Of a stretch of DNA of 46,034 bases, positions 11,801-24,544 are shown in pieces. The notes below the pieces were generated by a model. That model saw only the letters and a program-made list of their open reading frames with translations, did no database searches and had not been told where the DNA came from. The stretch is from Octopus bimaculoides. Taxonomy: Eukaryota. Numbering within the stretch: position 1 is the stretch's first letter; every line of letters begins with the position of its first letter. A program made the position numbers and the translations under genes. The DNA lies in NCBI RefSeq assembly GCF_001194135.2, contig NC_068999.1, forward strand, positions 22,944,860 to 22,990,893, read 5' to 3'.

Positions 11801-14437
11801 TTTCTGATCTCCACCTGACACCGGTTGTTTTAATATTTGATGACAACGCCTGGAATCTTTAAAACAGAAGAAATTGAAAGAAAGAATAATTCTTTTTTTA
11901 ATAAATTCTCTAGTAAGACATACATATTCAGATATAACACACTCAAACAAATATGTGTAATGCATTTTCATGTTTGAGATTTGTTTAAATTCTTCTTCGC
12001 AGAATTCAGGCCGGACACTAACAAAGTGATAAAGTTCCTTTGTTTGAATCGCGATAATTCCTGGGCTATGTGAATAAGTGAGTTAATATGTGCATGCATA
12101 CACACACACACACACACGCACACACACACATGTATGTACGAAGGCAAATACGTGGATAAGCAAATTAGATATATAAAATATAACAGTTTGGGTATGAAAT
12201 ACGAAATATGTATATATCTATACATGCAAAACTAGAGAAAGCAAAAAGTGGAGACTTTCAGACGATGAATATTTAAGTATAAACATATTGATATTTATAT
12301 TAATAGCTCCAGCTTGCACAGAGTACAAACGACAGAGAAAATTAAAGGGTTGGAAGAAAGGTGTTACAAGTCCAACAGCGATTTCTGGGAGCTCTGAGAT
12401 CCATCATAATGTTGGTAGATGTAGTTCATCATAATATGTGACCATAATGGAAGCCATCAACATTGGATAAGACGAGCTTCCGTTATCAGGGCAGAAAGGA
12501 TCTTACATTTCAGATCTTAATGCAGAGAAGTTCAAAGATGGAATCGATGAGTTGTTGCATTAGAAGATGTTTCGTTCAATGCAGCAACAAAGTATAGAAA
12601 ATAATACGGCAACAGCTGAGAACATGAATATTTTCTAAACGATATTCATCAGCATGAAAATAACTTGCTAGAATAGACAAACAATTATTGACAATGAAAG
12701 CAGTGAACGACCTCGGCGAAGAAATGCTTTGAAAATAATTTCACTTCGATACTGGCATTGTAAATATCTCAGAAAATCATTTATCTGTTAATACCGATAA
12801 GCGTCTTCTGGAAAGAGAATTCCAACAGGCAGGAAAGAAAAGAAAATGATGCCGGTTTTGCAATCAAAACATTAATTAGGAAAAGCTCCATGCACTTCCT
12901 TTTATCAAGTCGGAGAGGCACATAACTCATCTGGATCCTTCAACAGAAATCAGTTACTTCGTAATTGTATTGTGCATTTGCACCTATTGTGAATCATTCT
13001 GAGATTGAAATACTGTTGTTTAACACTGCTCTTAAAAAATCCATAAGTAATATAACAAAAGATGACAAAATTATTATTTTAGGCGATTTCAATGCTAGAG
13101 TTATTTAGAACCACACGAGATTGGAAAATCAAATAACAATAGTCTTCAGCTCTTAGAATTATGCAATGAGAAGAAACTTGTAATGAGAAATAGATGGTTT
13201 AGTCAAAAGGATAAATACAAAGATATTTGGAAAGTCACTCGCTCCAACTACTGGCATATGATAAACTAGACTATCATGATATCCAAGATCTTTAGAGTGG
13301 AAGAACTCTGTGGGATGTTGAATGTTTGACCAAACACCATTTCAGTAGGTCAAGAGTTGGTCTCAAAATTTGCCCCAAGTCAAAATACAATACAATCTCC
13401 CTCCCCAAATGTTTAGATGTATCCAGGCTGAAATAGGTATTGAGGTTAATTTTACTGAAGCATTCCATCAGCATGACAAAAATAACGAGAGAAAAAATTT
13501 TAACTCAAAGGAGTTTTTTTTGCTTACCTTTGATATTTCAACTGCTAAAAGAATATTTGGGTATCGAAAAACAAAAGTCTAAGTAATGGTTTACTAATAA
13601 CTAAAAAAATTGAAAATCAACTAGAAATGATACACCAGCTTTTCTGGAATACGTATATTTCAGATCTTTCATCTCAGGCTCATCAGAATATCACTCAAGA
13701 ACATAAGTTACTCTAAAATTTCACTCAAAAATGGATAAGAGAAATCGAGAACTTATGGTGAACGAATAAAACTTCTGAAATTCGACTTGCTGCAAACGTT
13801 AAGAACTCAAAGTGCCTTCTTCGAGATGTATATGGGTCTTGTCAGTAATGTTTTCTTTAAAAGATGGTAAGATAATGTACCCACGATCTACTACGATTAA
13901 GGAAAGCTGGAGTAAATACTATGAGGACCTATTCGCTCAACATCTTATTGCCGACGAGCCTGTACCTCAACTCATTGAACAACTTAACATTATTCACTCC
14001 TGATTATGTCCCCACCATTGAAGAAATTAAGCGTTTTGTAAGTCAGATGAATGATGATAAACCACCTAAAATAAAATTGTTTAACTGCCAAAATTTTTAT
14101 ATGGAAGTGAGAGATTGCTTGAATTTCTAGAGGTTGTTATTCATAGTGTTTGGGAAAAGGGCCTCCATTTCAGTAGAGATGCGGCCCTAGTTTCACTCCA
14201 CAAGCAAGATATTAAATCCGAGTCGACTGTGGGAATTTCAGAGGAATATCTTTAATGTCCATTGTTAAGAAAACACTTTCCCCAAATATTTTGATCAACA
14301 AACTGATACCTTCACCGAACAAATTCTTCTAGAATTATTTTGTGGCTTCTAAACAAAACAGAGCATAGAAAATATGGTCTTTAGTACCCGTGAGCTTCAT
14401 GAGAAGTGTAGAGGGCAGAGTGGTAAATATTAATTCT

Positions 14438-14474
14438 CTGTCTGTCTGCCTGCCTGTCTCTGTCGTTGTCTGTC

Positions 14475-14511
<37 letters not shown>

Positions 14512-14545
14512 GTCTCTCTCTACTTGGCTGTCTGTCTGTCTCTCT
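14438..14545. repeat. (GTCT)n microsatellite inside the RTE RT domain
   Basis: Direct. Confidence 0.95.
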
Positions 14546-15001
14546 TTGGACCACTCCTCGAAAAAGATGGAATTAAACAAGGAGATATCATCGCATTTAC
14601 TTTATTCGCAATATATTTTGTAGTATTTCTCGTAGCTTTCAAAGGTGTCCCAAATCATATCTCTATCTATATCTGTATCAAATATCACTATTCAGGAAAG
14701 ATATCTTCAGCAAAAGTATCGATTACCCTCATCATCGCACCAATATGCAGATGACTACGACACAGTGATATACTGAAATTCAAATGCAATTGTCTATCGA
14801 TCACTTTTTTTATCTTGCAAAGTTTTCAGGCTCGCTGTAAATCCTAAAAAAAATTGTATCCATGTATAAATGTGTTTGTGACCAACTTCATATTAAGTCC
14901 TTCGTCCTCATCAGTGAGAAACCTTTGCAGGTAACTTGGTAACACACTTACAATTGTCTCTTCGTATTTAAAAGGCATCAAAACCTTCTCCAGCCTTTAG
15001 T

Positions 15002-15076
15002 AGCATTATAAGAATGATCAGCATTATAAGAATGCTCTGCATTATAAGGATAATCAACATTATAAGAATGATCAGA
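15002..15076. repeat. ~18-19-bp minisatellite (AGCATTATAAGAATGATC) x4 within the RTE
   Basis: Direct. Confidence 0.85.
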
Positions 15077-15883
15077 ATCTCTGTGTATAAAGCGTGTTTT
15101 AACACTAATGAAACATGGACTTCTTATGAACACCAAGTCAGATTACTGCAACGTTTTCATAAGTGCAAATGGCATATCATCCTCTCCAAATACATTCATA
15201 AAGCCGATTTACGACTGTTGAGACAAATGTTCTATGGAGAATTTAAGGACAAGCTGACGTAATGCTTCGAAAACAAAAGTGAAGCATGTCTTCTTAAATG
15301 AAACTTTCTTGGTAGGGTGACTGAGAACATCATGCAGAAAATTGGGAAATTGGAGAAAGAGTAGAACCATGGAAGCGCAATGGCTTGGACAGATTTATTT
15401 TATATGTCTCATACAAGATTTCTATTCGAAAAAAGAGAGCAATTTGTTCAGCTTTGCAATATTATTCAATACCAGTGCGATAGTGTATAGTTGGTCTCAA
15501 AAGTAATATGCATAAATTTGTAAGAATGAAGAAAAAAAACATCGTTCATGTAAATGCAACTGACCGGCTCTACGCGATATACAATAGTTTTATTCGTTGC
15601 AAGACTTCAAGGGTCCTTGTGTAACTCTTGTATCATAAGAGAGACTGACATAAATCAGAGGGTACTTACCTTCGAAAATAAAGCCATCAGATATGCATAC
15701 ACATGTGTATCTGCACTCGTATGTTTGTCTGCATGGATATATGTCACTGCATGGCATTGTATGTGTAGACTTATGATTTTACTTATGAATATGTATGTAT
15801 AAGCGTGTATATATGTAAGTATGCATATTGAAATTGTAACTGCGACTCATAAATCGTGTATTAGCGAATATAAATATTCTTTT

Positions 15884-16093
15884 CTACTCTAGGCACAAGG
15901 CGCGAAATTTTTGGGGAGGGAGCCAGTCGATTAGATCGACCCCAGTACTCAACTGGTACTTAATTTATCCACCCCGAAAGGATGAAAGGTAAAGTCGACC
16001 TCGGCAGAATTTGAACTCAGAACGTAACGGCAGACGAAATACCGCAAAGCATTTCGCCCGGCGTACTAACGTTTCTGCCAAGCTCGCCGCCTT
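15884..16093 (-). mobile_element. tRNA-derived SINE, family A, full length
   Basis: Same head, B-box and central sequence as 8738-8934. Confidence 0.9.
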
Positions 16094-16140
16094 AGAAGAA
16101 ACAAATATTGAATTCTTCTTTAACTTAAATGATTCTTTCA

Positions 16141-16402
16141 TCTTTTATCTTTTACTAGCTCCAGTCATTAGACTGTGGCCATGCTGGGGTACCGCCTTGA
16201 AGAATTTTTAGTCGCATGAATCGACCCCAGTACATTTTCCTTTTCCTTTTTTTCTTTTTTGTAACCCTGGTAATTATTCTTATGCCTCTTTTTCCGAACT
16301 GCTAAGTTACGGGGACATAAACACATCAACAACGGTTGTCAAACGGTGGGAGGAGAAACACGCACATATACACGCACGCGCGCGCACGCACGCGCGCGCA
16401 CG

Positions 16403-16442
<40 letters not shown>

Positions 16443-16625
16443 AAAGCAAACATATATATATACTACTGGCTTCATTCAGTTTCTACCAACCAATTCCAAC
16501 CGCAAGGCTTTGGTCGGTTCGAGACCATAGTGGAAGACACTTGCCCAAGGTACCACGCTATGGGACTGATCCCGGAACCATGTGGTTGAGAAGGAAGCTT
16601 CCTACCATACAGCGACGCCTGTCTC
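16141..16625 (-). mobile_element. tRNA-derived SINE, family B, full length with internal (CA/CG)n
   Basis: Minus head GGCGTCGCTGTATGGTAGG..GGTTCCGGGATCAGTCCC..CCTTGGGCAAGTGTCTTC, internal microsatellite, tail ..CAGTCTAATGACTGGAGCTAGTAAAAG. Confidence 0.9.
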
Positions 16626-17079
16626 TGGAACTTATCGAAGAACGAAATAATTTTTAAAATCTTGTTTCGCTTTGATATTTTTTTTTTTTTTTTGTCTTTT
16701 TAATTAAGTTATTTTCTCGAAAACATTTTTCTTCGAATGTAATTGTCTAGAAATCGACAACGTTACTCTAAATTTTTGGCTGCTATGTCCTCCCATAAAT
16801 TTCCAAAGTTACATCTGTCAAATAGTAGTGTTTTTGATTGACACATGTAACACAGTGGGCGGGGCGTATCTGCGCTCTCGTCAGACTTCTTACTCCGTTT
16901 ATTAAGTAGTATTCGCAGACTAACATTACTTACCACTTTTCTGCTGTGTAATATTCTGCTTAACGTCACTGTATCACCACAGAACTCTCACCAAACCTCC
17001 TCAGTGTATGCTCCTGACTCTATCCATCTTCTTCTTTCTGTATTTCGGTCGTTTTCATTGTCTGCCTATCGACCTAAAT

Positions 17080-17082
<3 letters not shown>

Positions 17083-17134
<52 letters not shown>
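17083..17134. repeat. (CT)n microsatellite leading into a gap; compound (AT)/(GT)/(CA) tract at 17453-17770
   Basis: Direct. Confidence 0.95.
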
Positions 17135-17452
17135 NNNNNNNNNNNNNNNNNNNNNNNNNNNNNNNNNNNNNNNNNNNNNNNNNNNNNNNNNNNNNNNNNN
17201 NNNNNNNNNNNNNNNNNNNNNNNNNNNNNNNNNNNNNNNNNNNNNNNNNNNNNNNNNNNNNNNNNNNNNNNNNNNNNNNNNNNNNNNNNNNNNNNNNNNN
17301 NNNNNNNNNNNNNNNNNNNNNNNNNNNNNNNNNNNNNNNNNNNNNNNNNNNNNNNNNNNNNNNNNNNNNNNNNNNNNNNNNNNNNNNNNNNNNNNNNNNN
17401 NNNNNNNNNNNNNNNNNNNNNNNNNNNNNNNNNNNNNNNNNNNNNNNNNNNN

Positions 17453-17483
<31 letters not shown>

Positions 17484-17622
17484 TTATATTTGTGTGTATG
17501 TATGTATGTATATGTGAGTGCATACTTTTTGACATCTTCTTCTCTTCGTTCTTCTCTTCTTCCCTTCCCTTCCTCCCCTCTTTTCTTTATTTCTCCTTCT
17601 CTCACATATCTATACACATACA

Positions 17623-17662
<40 letters not shown>

Positions 17663-17994
17663 GATGTGTCTGTGGGTGTATATATGCACACACACACACA
17701 CACATGTCACTCATTTTTTCTCATTCTCCCTCTCTCTCCTTCACACACACATGCACACGCACACACTCTTTCTCTTTCTCTCTTCTTTCACTTTTAATTC
17801 TTTTGCCAAAGCTCTTGGCTGAATTCTTTGTGTAGTATCTTTTACAGTCATCTATTTTCTGACACAGCTGTGAGACGAGAGTAAGAGGGAACAGGTTTAC
17901 TGTAACATATCACATTGTATAAACACGTGTATTCGTCGAAACAATATTTGCAGCTGGTTAAAACTAATAGGGTCTCTGGCTCAATTCACCTGGC

Positions 17995-18013
17995 AGTTCA
18001 AAGGTCAGGGTCA
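17995..18013 (+). promoter_or_regulatory. Composite nuclear-receptor element: DR1 + DR0 (AGTTCA-A-AGGTCA-GGGTCA)
   Basis: Three consecutive RGKTCA half-sites in non-repetitive sequence. Function not shown. Confidence 0.35.
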
Positions 18014-18123
18014 GTTGAATACTGTAAGTTTTGAGGTACTAGAAAATTACTGTTATATCTCGGGATGGTCATATTCTTTTGCCAGTTAATAACACGCACT
18101 GTATACTTGTTCTTCACTTCAGT

Positions 18124-18166
18124 TTTGTTGTTGTTGTTGTTGTTATTATTATTATTATTATTATTA

Positions 18167-18204
<38 letters not shown>
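18124..18204. repeat. (GTT)n(ATT)n compound microsatellite
   Basis: Direct. Confidence 0.97.
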
Positions 18205-18339
18205 TTAGTGTCTTTTGTCTAAAATCTTCCATCACACCTCCTGTGACCTCTTCAGCGACTCGCCATCTCATGTGTCTCCTCCTGTTCTAGAAAATTGATT
18301 TCTGTTTAGTAATTCTGTCAGTTATTTATGCTGAAACAG

Positions 18340-18430
18340 AGGGATGTATATTCGATTGAATCTAGCCCAGTGTATTACTGGCGTCTATTTTATCGGCCAC
18401 GGAAATGTAAAATCGACCCCGACGGGTTTT
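18340..18430 (-). mobile_element. Degraded SINE family A fragment
   Basis: CCCAGTGTATTACTGG..TATTTTATCG..GGAAATGTAAAATCGACCCCG resembles the family A middle. Confidence 0.5.
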
Positions 18431-18482
18431 CAAGGAGGGAAGTAATTACTGTAAATCAACTCTAGTTGTTTTGTTATTGTTC

Positions 18483-18483
<1 letters not shown>

Positions 18484-18514
<31 letters not shown>

Positions 18515-18700
18515 AGGCTGCTGTTGCTTAGTAATTTAGTACCATGACAGGCTTGGTCCATGTCGTACCGCGATGAAAAACATACCAGCCTTGTTTTCAA
18601 ACATGGTGAATCTAGAACTACATCATCCAGAGTATTCTTCCTTCTTAAGGGAGTACAGTGTGATTTTAGGGAAATTTGGCTGCTATTTCTAGCAGATAGA
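18484..18700 (-). mobile_element. Interspersed repeat family D 3' part with (CAG)n tail
   Basis: Minus-strand CTGCTAGAAATAGCAGCCAAATTTCCCT is shared with 22443-22500 (plus) and weakly with 20455-20500. (CTG)n at 18484-18514. Confidence 0.6.
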
Positions 18701-19329
18701 ACTACTTCATTGGCTTGTAAAACAAGTTCTCAGGAGTGCAAAGAAGTCAGTTGATAGGATATCGAGCAACCAGCAGACAGGTCGGTGGTTCGAGTTCTGT
18801 TCTAACACCGGTATTACCTTCTGTCTTGGATAAAGACACCCTCAGTTTACAATGGGCCAGTCCATCAACCTGCCAGTAGATACTCAGGACGGTATAATCA
18901 CTGCTGTAAGTAACGACAACATTGTTAAACTATAAGATGTTGTCCTGGATACAATTTCACCTATGGGAGAGAGTGAGGAGGGGGCGAACTTTGTAATCTG
19001 CACAAACTATGGCAATCTGCAATAAACACGTCAAGTACTGAGCTGCCAAAGTTGGCATACTCGTATAGAATTGCTATTATTTTCATCCTGATATGCGTTT
19101 GGTACGACGCCCAAAAGTTTTGGTTTGTTTTAGAGATTTTGTAAGGGGAATAAAGGAGGAATTCGACTTCTCTTGAAAAAGAAAGTTCCTCAGCTTTGCG
19201 TTTGCCATTCACCACATTTGCACTGAATTGCTCTATTATTTAAGTGTCAACCAAGAAGTTTTATTAACATTTAAGCAGTTGTCCTAATCTAAATAAATTC
19301 AAAGTTTACAATTGCCAATCCTCATCATG

Positions 19330-20016
19330 GCTTTCCATTAAACAAGATGAAGAAAGAATTTTAGAACTATGCCTTGCACTTTTCTTTTTCTTCTTTACGT
19401 CTGTGGTTTTCGAAGAAAGTTATGGTCCTTCAGAGCATCTCAGATACCTGACATGTATTGTAAAAAGCATCTATTTGATAACTCAATAGAAATTTCCTTT
19501 AAAGAACTGTAAGAATTTAGAGTGAATATTTTTAATTTGTTTGCTTTAAGAAGCGGATGTTTCAGTACTTCTTATTTTGCAAAGTCAGAGTTGCTTAAGG
19601 TATTAGATTTAACCAAAATCAATTATACCATTAATTTTGAAATTTCCCAGTTTTGTTCATAATAACCATTATGAACAAATTAAGAAGAGGGACTAGATAG
19701 GGCAAGATCAATTACCTGATGTAAGAATATGCCTGAAAAGTTTTTGTTTACCATATCTGAAGCAAATTGTGAAAACGAATATCACCTCCCTTCATTATCA
19801 AAATTTATAATTAATCTTTCACCGACTGAACACTCAGTAGGTGCTAAATGTATTTTTTCCTTGCTCAATAGCATTAAAGTTAAAAATTATACATCTCTGA
19901 AAGCATCCAACTTAAATGCATTTATAAGATCTGAATCTTTACTCCAAGACATAGAACCAACCATCATTGAACCTAAAAAAAAAATCGATATAGTTATGGA
20001 CGATATCGATTGTTGA
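19330..20016 (+). pseudogene. Decayed hAT-family transposase C-terminal region
   Basis: KFPSFV..EQI, PEKF, LPSLSKFIINL..EHSVGAKCIFSLLNSIKVKNYTSLKASNLNAFIRS resembles the hAT dimerization motif (L.LPHS.A..ERIFS..N.IK.K.R..L). Confidence 0.6.
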
Positions 20017-21136
20017 AGTTTTTTTAAATTAAATATGGTAACATTGTCTGTTTAACATGTTGCATTTGGTTTGTCTTATATAAAATTTTATACGATTTTA
20101 TGTGTCTTGATACTTTTCCATGCAAACTTTTGATATGAACACAATTAAAATTTGACCGTTCCGTTCAAATAATCCATAAAGAGTTGTGAAAGAAAATAAT
20201 GAAAGCCAGCGAAAAGCGCTGAAAATCAGTTGATTAAACTGACTTTAGTTCTTGATAGACGATAACTGTTTTGGTTTCGGAAGTATAACACTCAAACATG
20301 GTTTGAACAAAGATTGCAAAAATGTGTAATTTTATACCACATGGCTTGTTGTCCGACACCCAAACGAGTCTGCTAGATAGTTAAAAACCACTTGCTTTAA
20401 ATTCAATGATAAGCAACAAATTTAATCAACCAATGTTGATTCAACGATGGAATCACTTCGTGGTCGCTCGACCTGGTCAAAATAGCACTGATTAAAATAT
20501 AGCGTAATTTGCAGCTGAAGCATCTTAATCAAAGAATTTCGTGATCAGAGTTGACCTGAGACGAAACAACAGCGCCGATAAAGAGCAGCTTTTATTCAGA
20601 GAGAAGTAGTTTTAACTAGTTATACCCTTTGAAACTGAATTGAGCCCGTTTACAAAGCGTTTACTGGAGCATTCACTCCCTTTTGGTCATTTAGCTTTTG
20701 TATTGCATATGAAAATAGTCAAGTTGACAGAATTCATTCTATAGCAGTCTGCTCACCAAACTATGAACTCATTAGTACGCTCATGTACAAAATGAGTCGC
20801 GAAGCACATTGTCTGTATTTTGAGGGAGAGTAGAGAGTAGAAGAAAGAGGACAAGAAGAAATCCCAATACAGGGCTGGTACTTTATTTATTCACTCTGGG
20901 ATTTGAATTTAGAGCCAGGCATTTTTTCAGACGTTCGACTGATTCTGCCTATTCACAGCCTTTCTACAACAGCAGCGAAATGAGGTTACGAATGATACTT
21001 TTTTTTCACTTTCGGCCTGTACTAGAAAATGTGGAATTATGTATCACAATAGTAAAATACAAACCTCGACCGTGTTATCATTAAAAGAAAATTATTTAGG
21101 TAACTAATTCGAAGCAACAAGTGTTATTATATAGAA

Positions 21137-23107
21137 CTAGCAGAGATACCCGGCATTGCTCGGGATTAAAATGGCATAGTTTGTATATAATATATTACAG
21201 TTATGTTGAAACAGGTAATATGGGAAAGTGCAGCACTGACAACAAAACATTTGTGGAGTAAATGCTGGGCTAATTCGACAAAGCAACTTGCTATGCGTCC
21301 GTTTGGAGTATTTCAGGCCCTAACCTGTCATGGAAAATTGGATGTGGTGGTTATGTGATTTTTGAACGCACCAAAAAGTTGTCAGTGGATAGATTCTCCT
21401 TTGCAGCAGTCGGCGCTGTGTCTAACACGACCCATCATCTGAAATGTTTGACACTTCCGTCGGGTTTGTCGTCCTACATCACTCATAAAGTAAATTTGGA
21501 GGAACTGTGGTTGTTCATTTGCGGGTAACAAGGAACCAATGAGGTGATAGACTTGCCCTTAAACTTTTACGTCGGCGTAAATTCATGTTTATCTATCTTC
21601 TTAGATGCACCAAACGATGTCATTTGAAATACTGAGTTGTATTGTCTGACATTGTTCAGAAAATCCTTTGACTGGATGGAAGAAGTGCCTTCTAGAAGAT
21701 TCATAAGAGGTTGAGAAGGAGCTGGTAGTGCTGGCAATGTTACCTGACCGCCTGAGCAGCACATACCATTTGTTTCATTTGAAAAGTTTAAAGCTCTATA
21801 TAAACGACAATTTGTGTTTAGCTCACCAATTTGGACAGAGTTATCATTTTAATAAGAATGGGATGGATCATGCCTGAAAACAGCTTCAGGAGTTGTGAAG
21901 AATGAATTTGTACGTAGTCTGTTTCTGAGAGCTATTCTACTGGACATTGATTTAATGATCCGGTATTAAGTGCTGCAACATGCATTTGCTGATCTTAAGA
22001 AAATCTCATCTCTCTTCAGACTCTTGCCTCCGATTTTCTACAATCCTGCTTGCTTTATACTTGTCTCTGGAGAGATTACGTCTTTTCTGTGTTTCCCCCG
22101 TTCATTCCGTAGAAATTTATTTGAAGGGAGCAGAAATTGAAAGAAGAGAAAGCGATAACAACAGAGAAAGAAAGTGAAAGATGTATGTACGTCTATATGA
22201 AATGGACGCGCGCGTATGTGTGTGAGAGAGAAAGAGAGTGAAAAGGAGAGATAGATTGAGTGAAGATGTGCGTCGAGATGATTGATGTCTTTTAAGGTAC
22301 ACACACATATAGAAAATGTGACGTCATCGTATAACATGTTTACGATAGTTGATTTATGCAAAAGATTATAATGTTAAATTTTTGAAATGCAAATATGTGA
22401 ATGGAAATTAAGTTTAATTTGAAGTCGAAATAGTACTGAATCAGCTAGACCTGGTAGAAATAGCAGCCAAATCTCCCTCAAGACACCCTACTGTCTTAAT
22501 CCGACAATTCTGCCTATTTTGTAGTTTGAATGAGAAAGTGTAACTAAAGATTAAAATTATTAACCCCAAAATTTTACGCGTTTTAATAGGAATCAATTTT
22601 TTTCTCTTTTTTGCGTAACTTTTCATGTTAGCTGTAAAGGTGAAAAGGGTTAACTTGGACAGTGTCAAGTAGTGGAGATGTTTGGTGATTCTATGGGGTG
22701 GTTACTTTTGACTCTTTCTTCTCAATAAGGATAACTGATTGATAATGAATCTTAACACAATATATATATACAACTTCAAGTGGAATTGGACGTCATAAGA
22801 GAGACAGCATAGCGACGGTTTTGGCTGACTGTCATCTTGTACTCCCCTTGTTGCTAGCGAAATGGTATGTGCCGGCTGTCTGAATAACTGGTTGATTTTA
22901 ATGGCGGAACAAACGGGACAAAAATATTACAAAAGTAGCAATTCTCACTTTGAAACTAACTATTTTGAATTTTTTATTATTTAGATTACGGAACGCCCCG
23001 CTCTGTCATGTATCCATGTTTAAAATTTCAGCACGATCGGCTAAACAATACTCGAGTTATAAACGCACAAACAGGCAGACAGACAGAACAGATTTTATAT
23101 ATTAAGA
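21137..23107 (-). mobile_element. Helitron internal-deletion derivative with both termini intact
   Basis: Minus 5' end A|TCTTAATATATAAAATC at 23107. 3' hairpin CCCGGCATTGCTCGGG (21149-21164), then CTAG|T at 21137, giving an A|T target. Rep N-terminus at 21350-21900: YDP-like, IGEL..NC, CCSGGQVTLP, FLNNVRQYNSVFQMTSFG, QVYHLIGSLLP, FLQIYF. Confidence 0.9.
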
Positions 23108-23599
23108 TTATATTTCAATATCTGCTGTTGTCCATCGTGACTAGCATTGTAACTCAGAAATATTGTTTTCTTTGAGCTGGCACCACCTGTTACGCGACAA
23201 ACAATATGGTCTGAGATTTTCGACTGTGAAATATATACATAAACAAGGTATTGTGGTATTTATTTATTAGAACTCTGGCCATCAATTCATTCTCTCATTT
23301 TCACTCTTCACCAATAAAATAAACAACATTTTATTTATATTTATTTTCTCTTAAACATTAGTTTAGATCTATCAGCAGACTTAGTTACTCTTTGTAACTG
23401 AAAACTATTTTAAACTTTCAGATAAATTTGGATGGACAAGGGCAGCACCAGGGATTTGTCATTATGTTGTGTATGTAGGACAGGTTATGAGACGTTTTGG
23501 CACAGCCGTTTGGCTCCGCGTATTTGACGTCGCTGATTCACTATTAACTTATTCCCCATCAGACATTACAATGTTTCTCTCGTTCTTTCCCTCTCTGTT

Positions 23600-23609
23600 G
23601 GTCTCTCTG

Positions 23610-23643
<34 letters not shown>
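23600..23643. repeat. (CT)n microsatellite
   Basis: Direct. Confidence 0.95.
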
Positions 23644-23647
<4 letters not shown>

Positions 23648-24544
23648 ATCTGTATGTATATATTTCAGCGTATGTTTGTATGTGAGTGTGTGTCTTTCTG
23701 TGTGCATTTGCCTTCAGTGCCAAAACGTACTGTCGCCAAAACAGATTAAATGTCTAGTTAGCCGCTCGCAATCGTCTCCTTCCGTCAAAGACAAATCCTC
23801 TTAACAAAGCACAAGTTAGAAACATTAAATCTTTTATATAAGAAAGGAAAGGCAGTGCTCACAATACATTTTTCAAGGCCTCTGAGACTGCAGAGGAAAG
23901 AGTAGAAGCTATCATCAAAGTAGTTAACCGATCCAGTTACATGCAACAAAATGGACTCCAATAAAAGCACCCAAGAATCAGGCGATGATGTTAAACAGGG
24001 TGACCAAGTAAGTTTGCCACCTAAAAACCTAGAATACAAAGAACCGAAACAAAATAGCACAAAGCATCAGGATTCCAAACGTCAGAGTTAGAACCATTAA
24101 TTTAATCTGTTACGATTCCTCATGCGAGCAGCCTATTAACGAGGATCTCATTCCACACAATGTCAACGTATGGTATCGCGTATATATTCAGTGTAAAAGA
24201 CAGAAGAAGTCGTAGCATCGTCTTCTGGGATCTCAAGACTACTGTAAATCATATACCCGTGCTGACCATTACATACTTAAATTAGTTCATATGTAGTAAA
24301 GAGACGAAAAGTCTAATGTTTCTAGAGAAGATCACGGATTAATGAGAAAGCTTATGGCAACACTAATATTATATAAAGTTCGATAATACAAAAATAAATA
24401 TTTCGTGAAAAAGATAGAAGATGCGATTAACCAAGAAGGAAAGGTGGAGATAACAAAATAAAAAGCGTATTGATAGAAGAGAGGCTAATGGCAAAGGTAA
24501 GTTTATGGAGAACAAAATATACTTTTTAAAATAATGTTTGATTG

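Larger units (their letters stand above)
12640..15400 (+). mobile_element. Near full-length decayed RTE-clade (BovB-like) LINE: APE endonuclease + RT
   Basis: Frameshifted motifs: ERPRRRNAL, IIILGDFNARV, LLELCNE..LV.RN.WF, WSKYYEDLF, PTIEEI, DCGNFRGISLMSI, RELHEKCRGQ, GIKQGDIIAFTLF, QYADD, NETWTSYEHQ, QMFYGEF. Confidence 0.85.

Noticed and set aside
15002-15076. Short regular repeats as a possible CRISPR array (also 2479-2535, 7430-7520, 41040-41117)
   Set aside because: No unique spacers, eukaryotic context and no cas genes. They are ordinary minisatellites.
15661-15685. TTTATTTTCGAAG|GTAAGT on the minus strand as a recursive splice site
   Set aside because: The acceptor is AAG rather than YAG and the pyrimidine tract is short.
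16857-16931. GC box GGGCGGGGC and a minus donor G|GTAAGT
   Set aside because: Isolated motifs with no acceptor, open frame or CpG island.
18961-19215. 84-aa minus ORF and flanking unique sequence
   Set aside because: No recognisable domain or splice signals.
23879-24005. Plus exon-like segment ending CAA|GTAAGT
   Set aside because: All frames from the good acceptor contain stops. The short MDSNKST frame has no further support.
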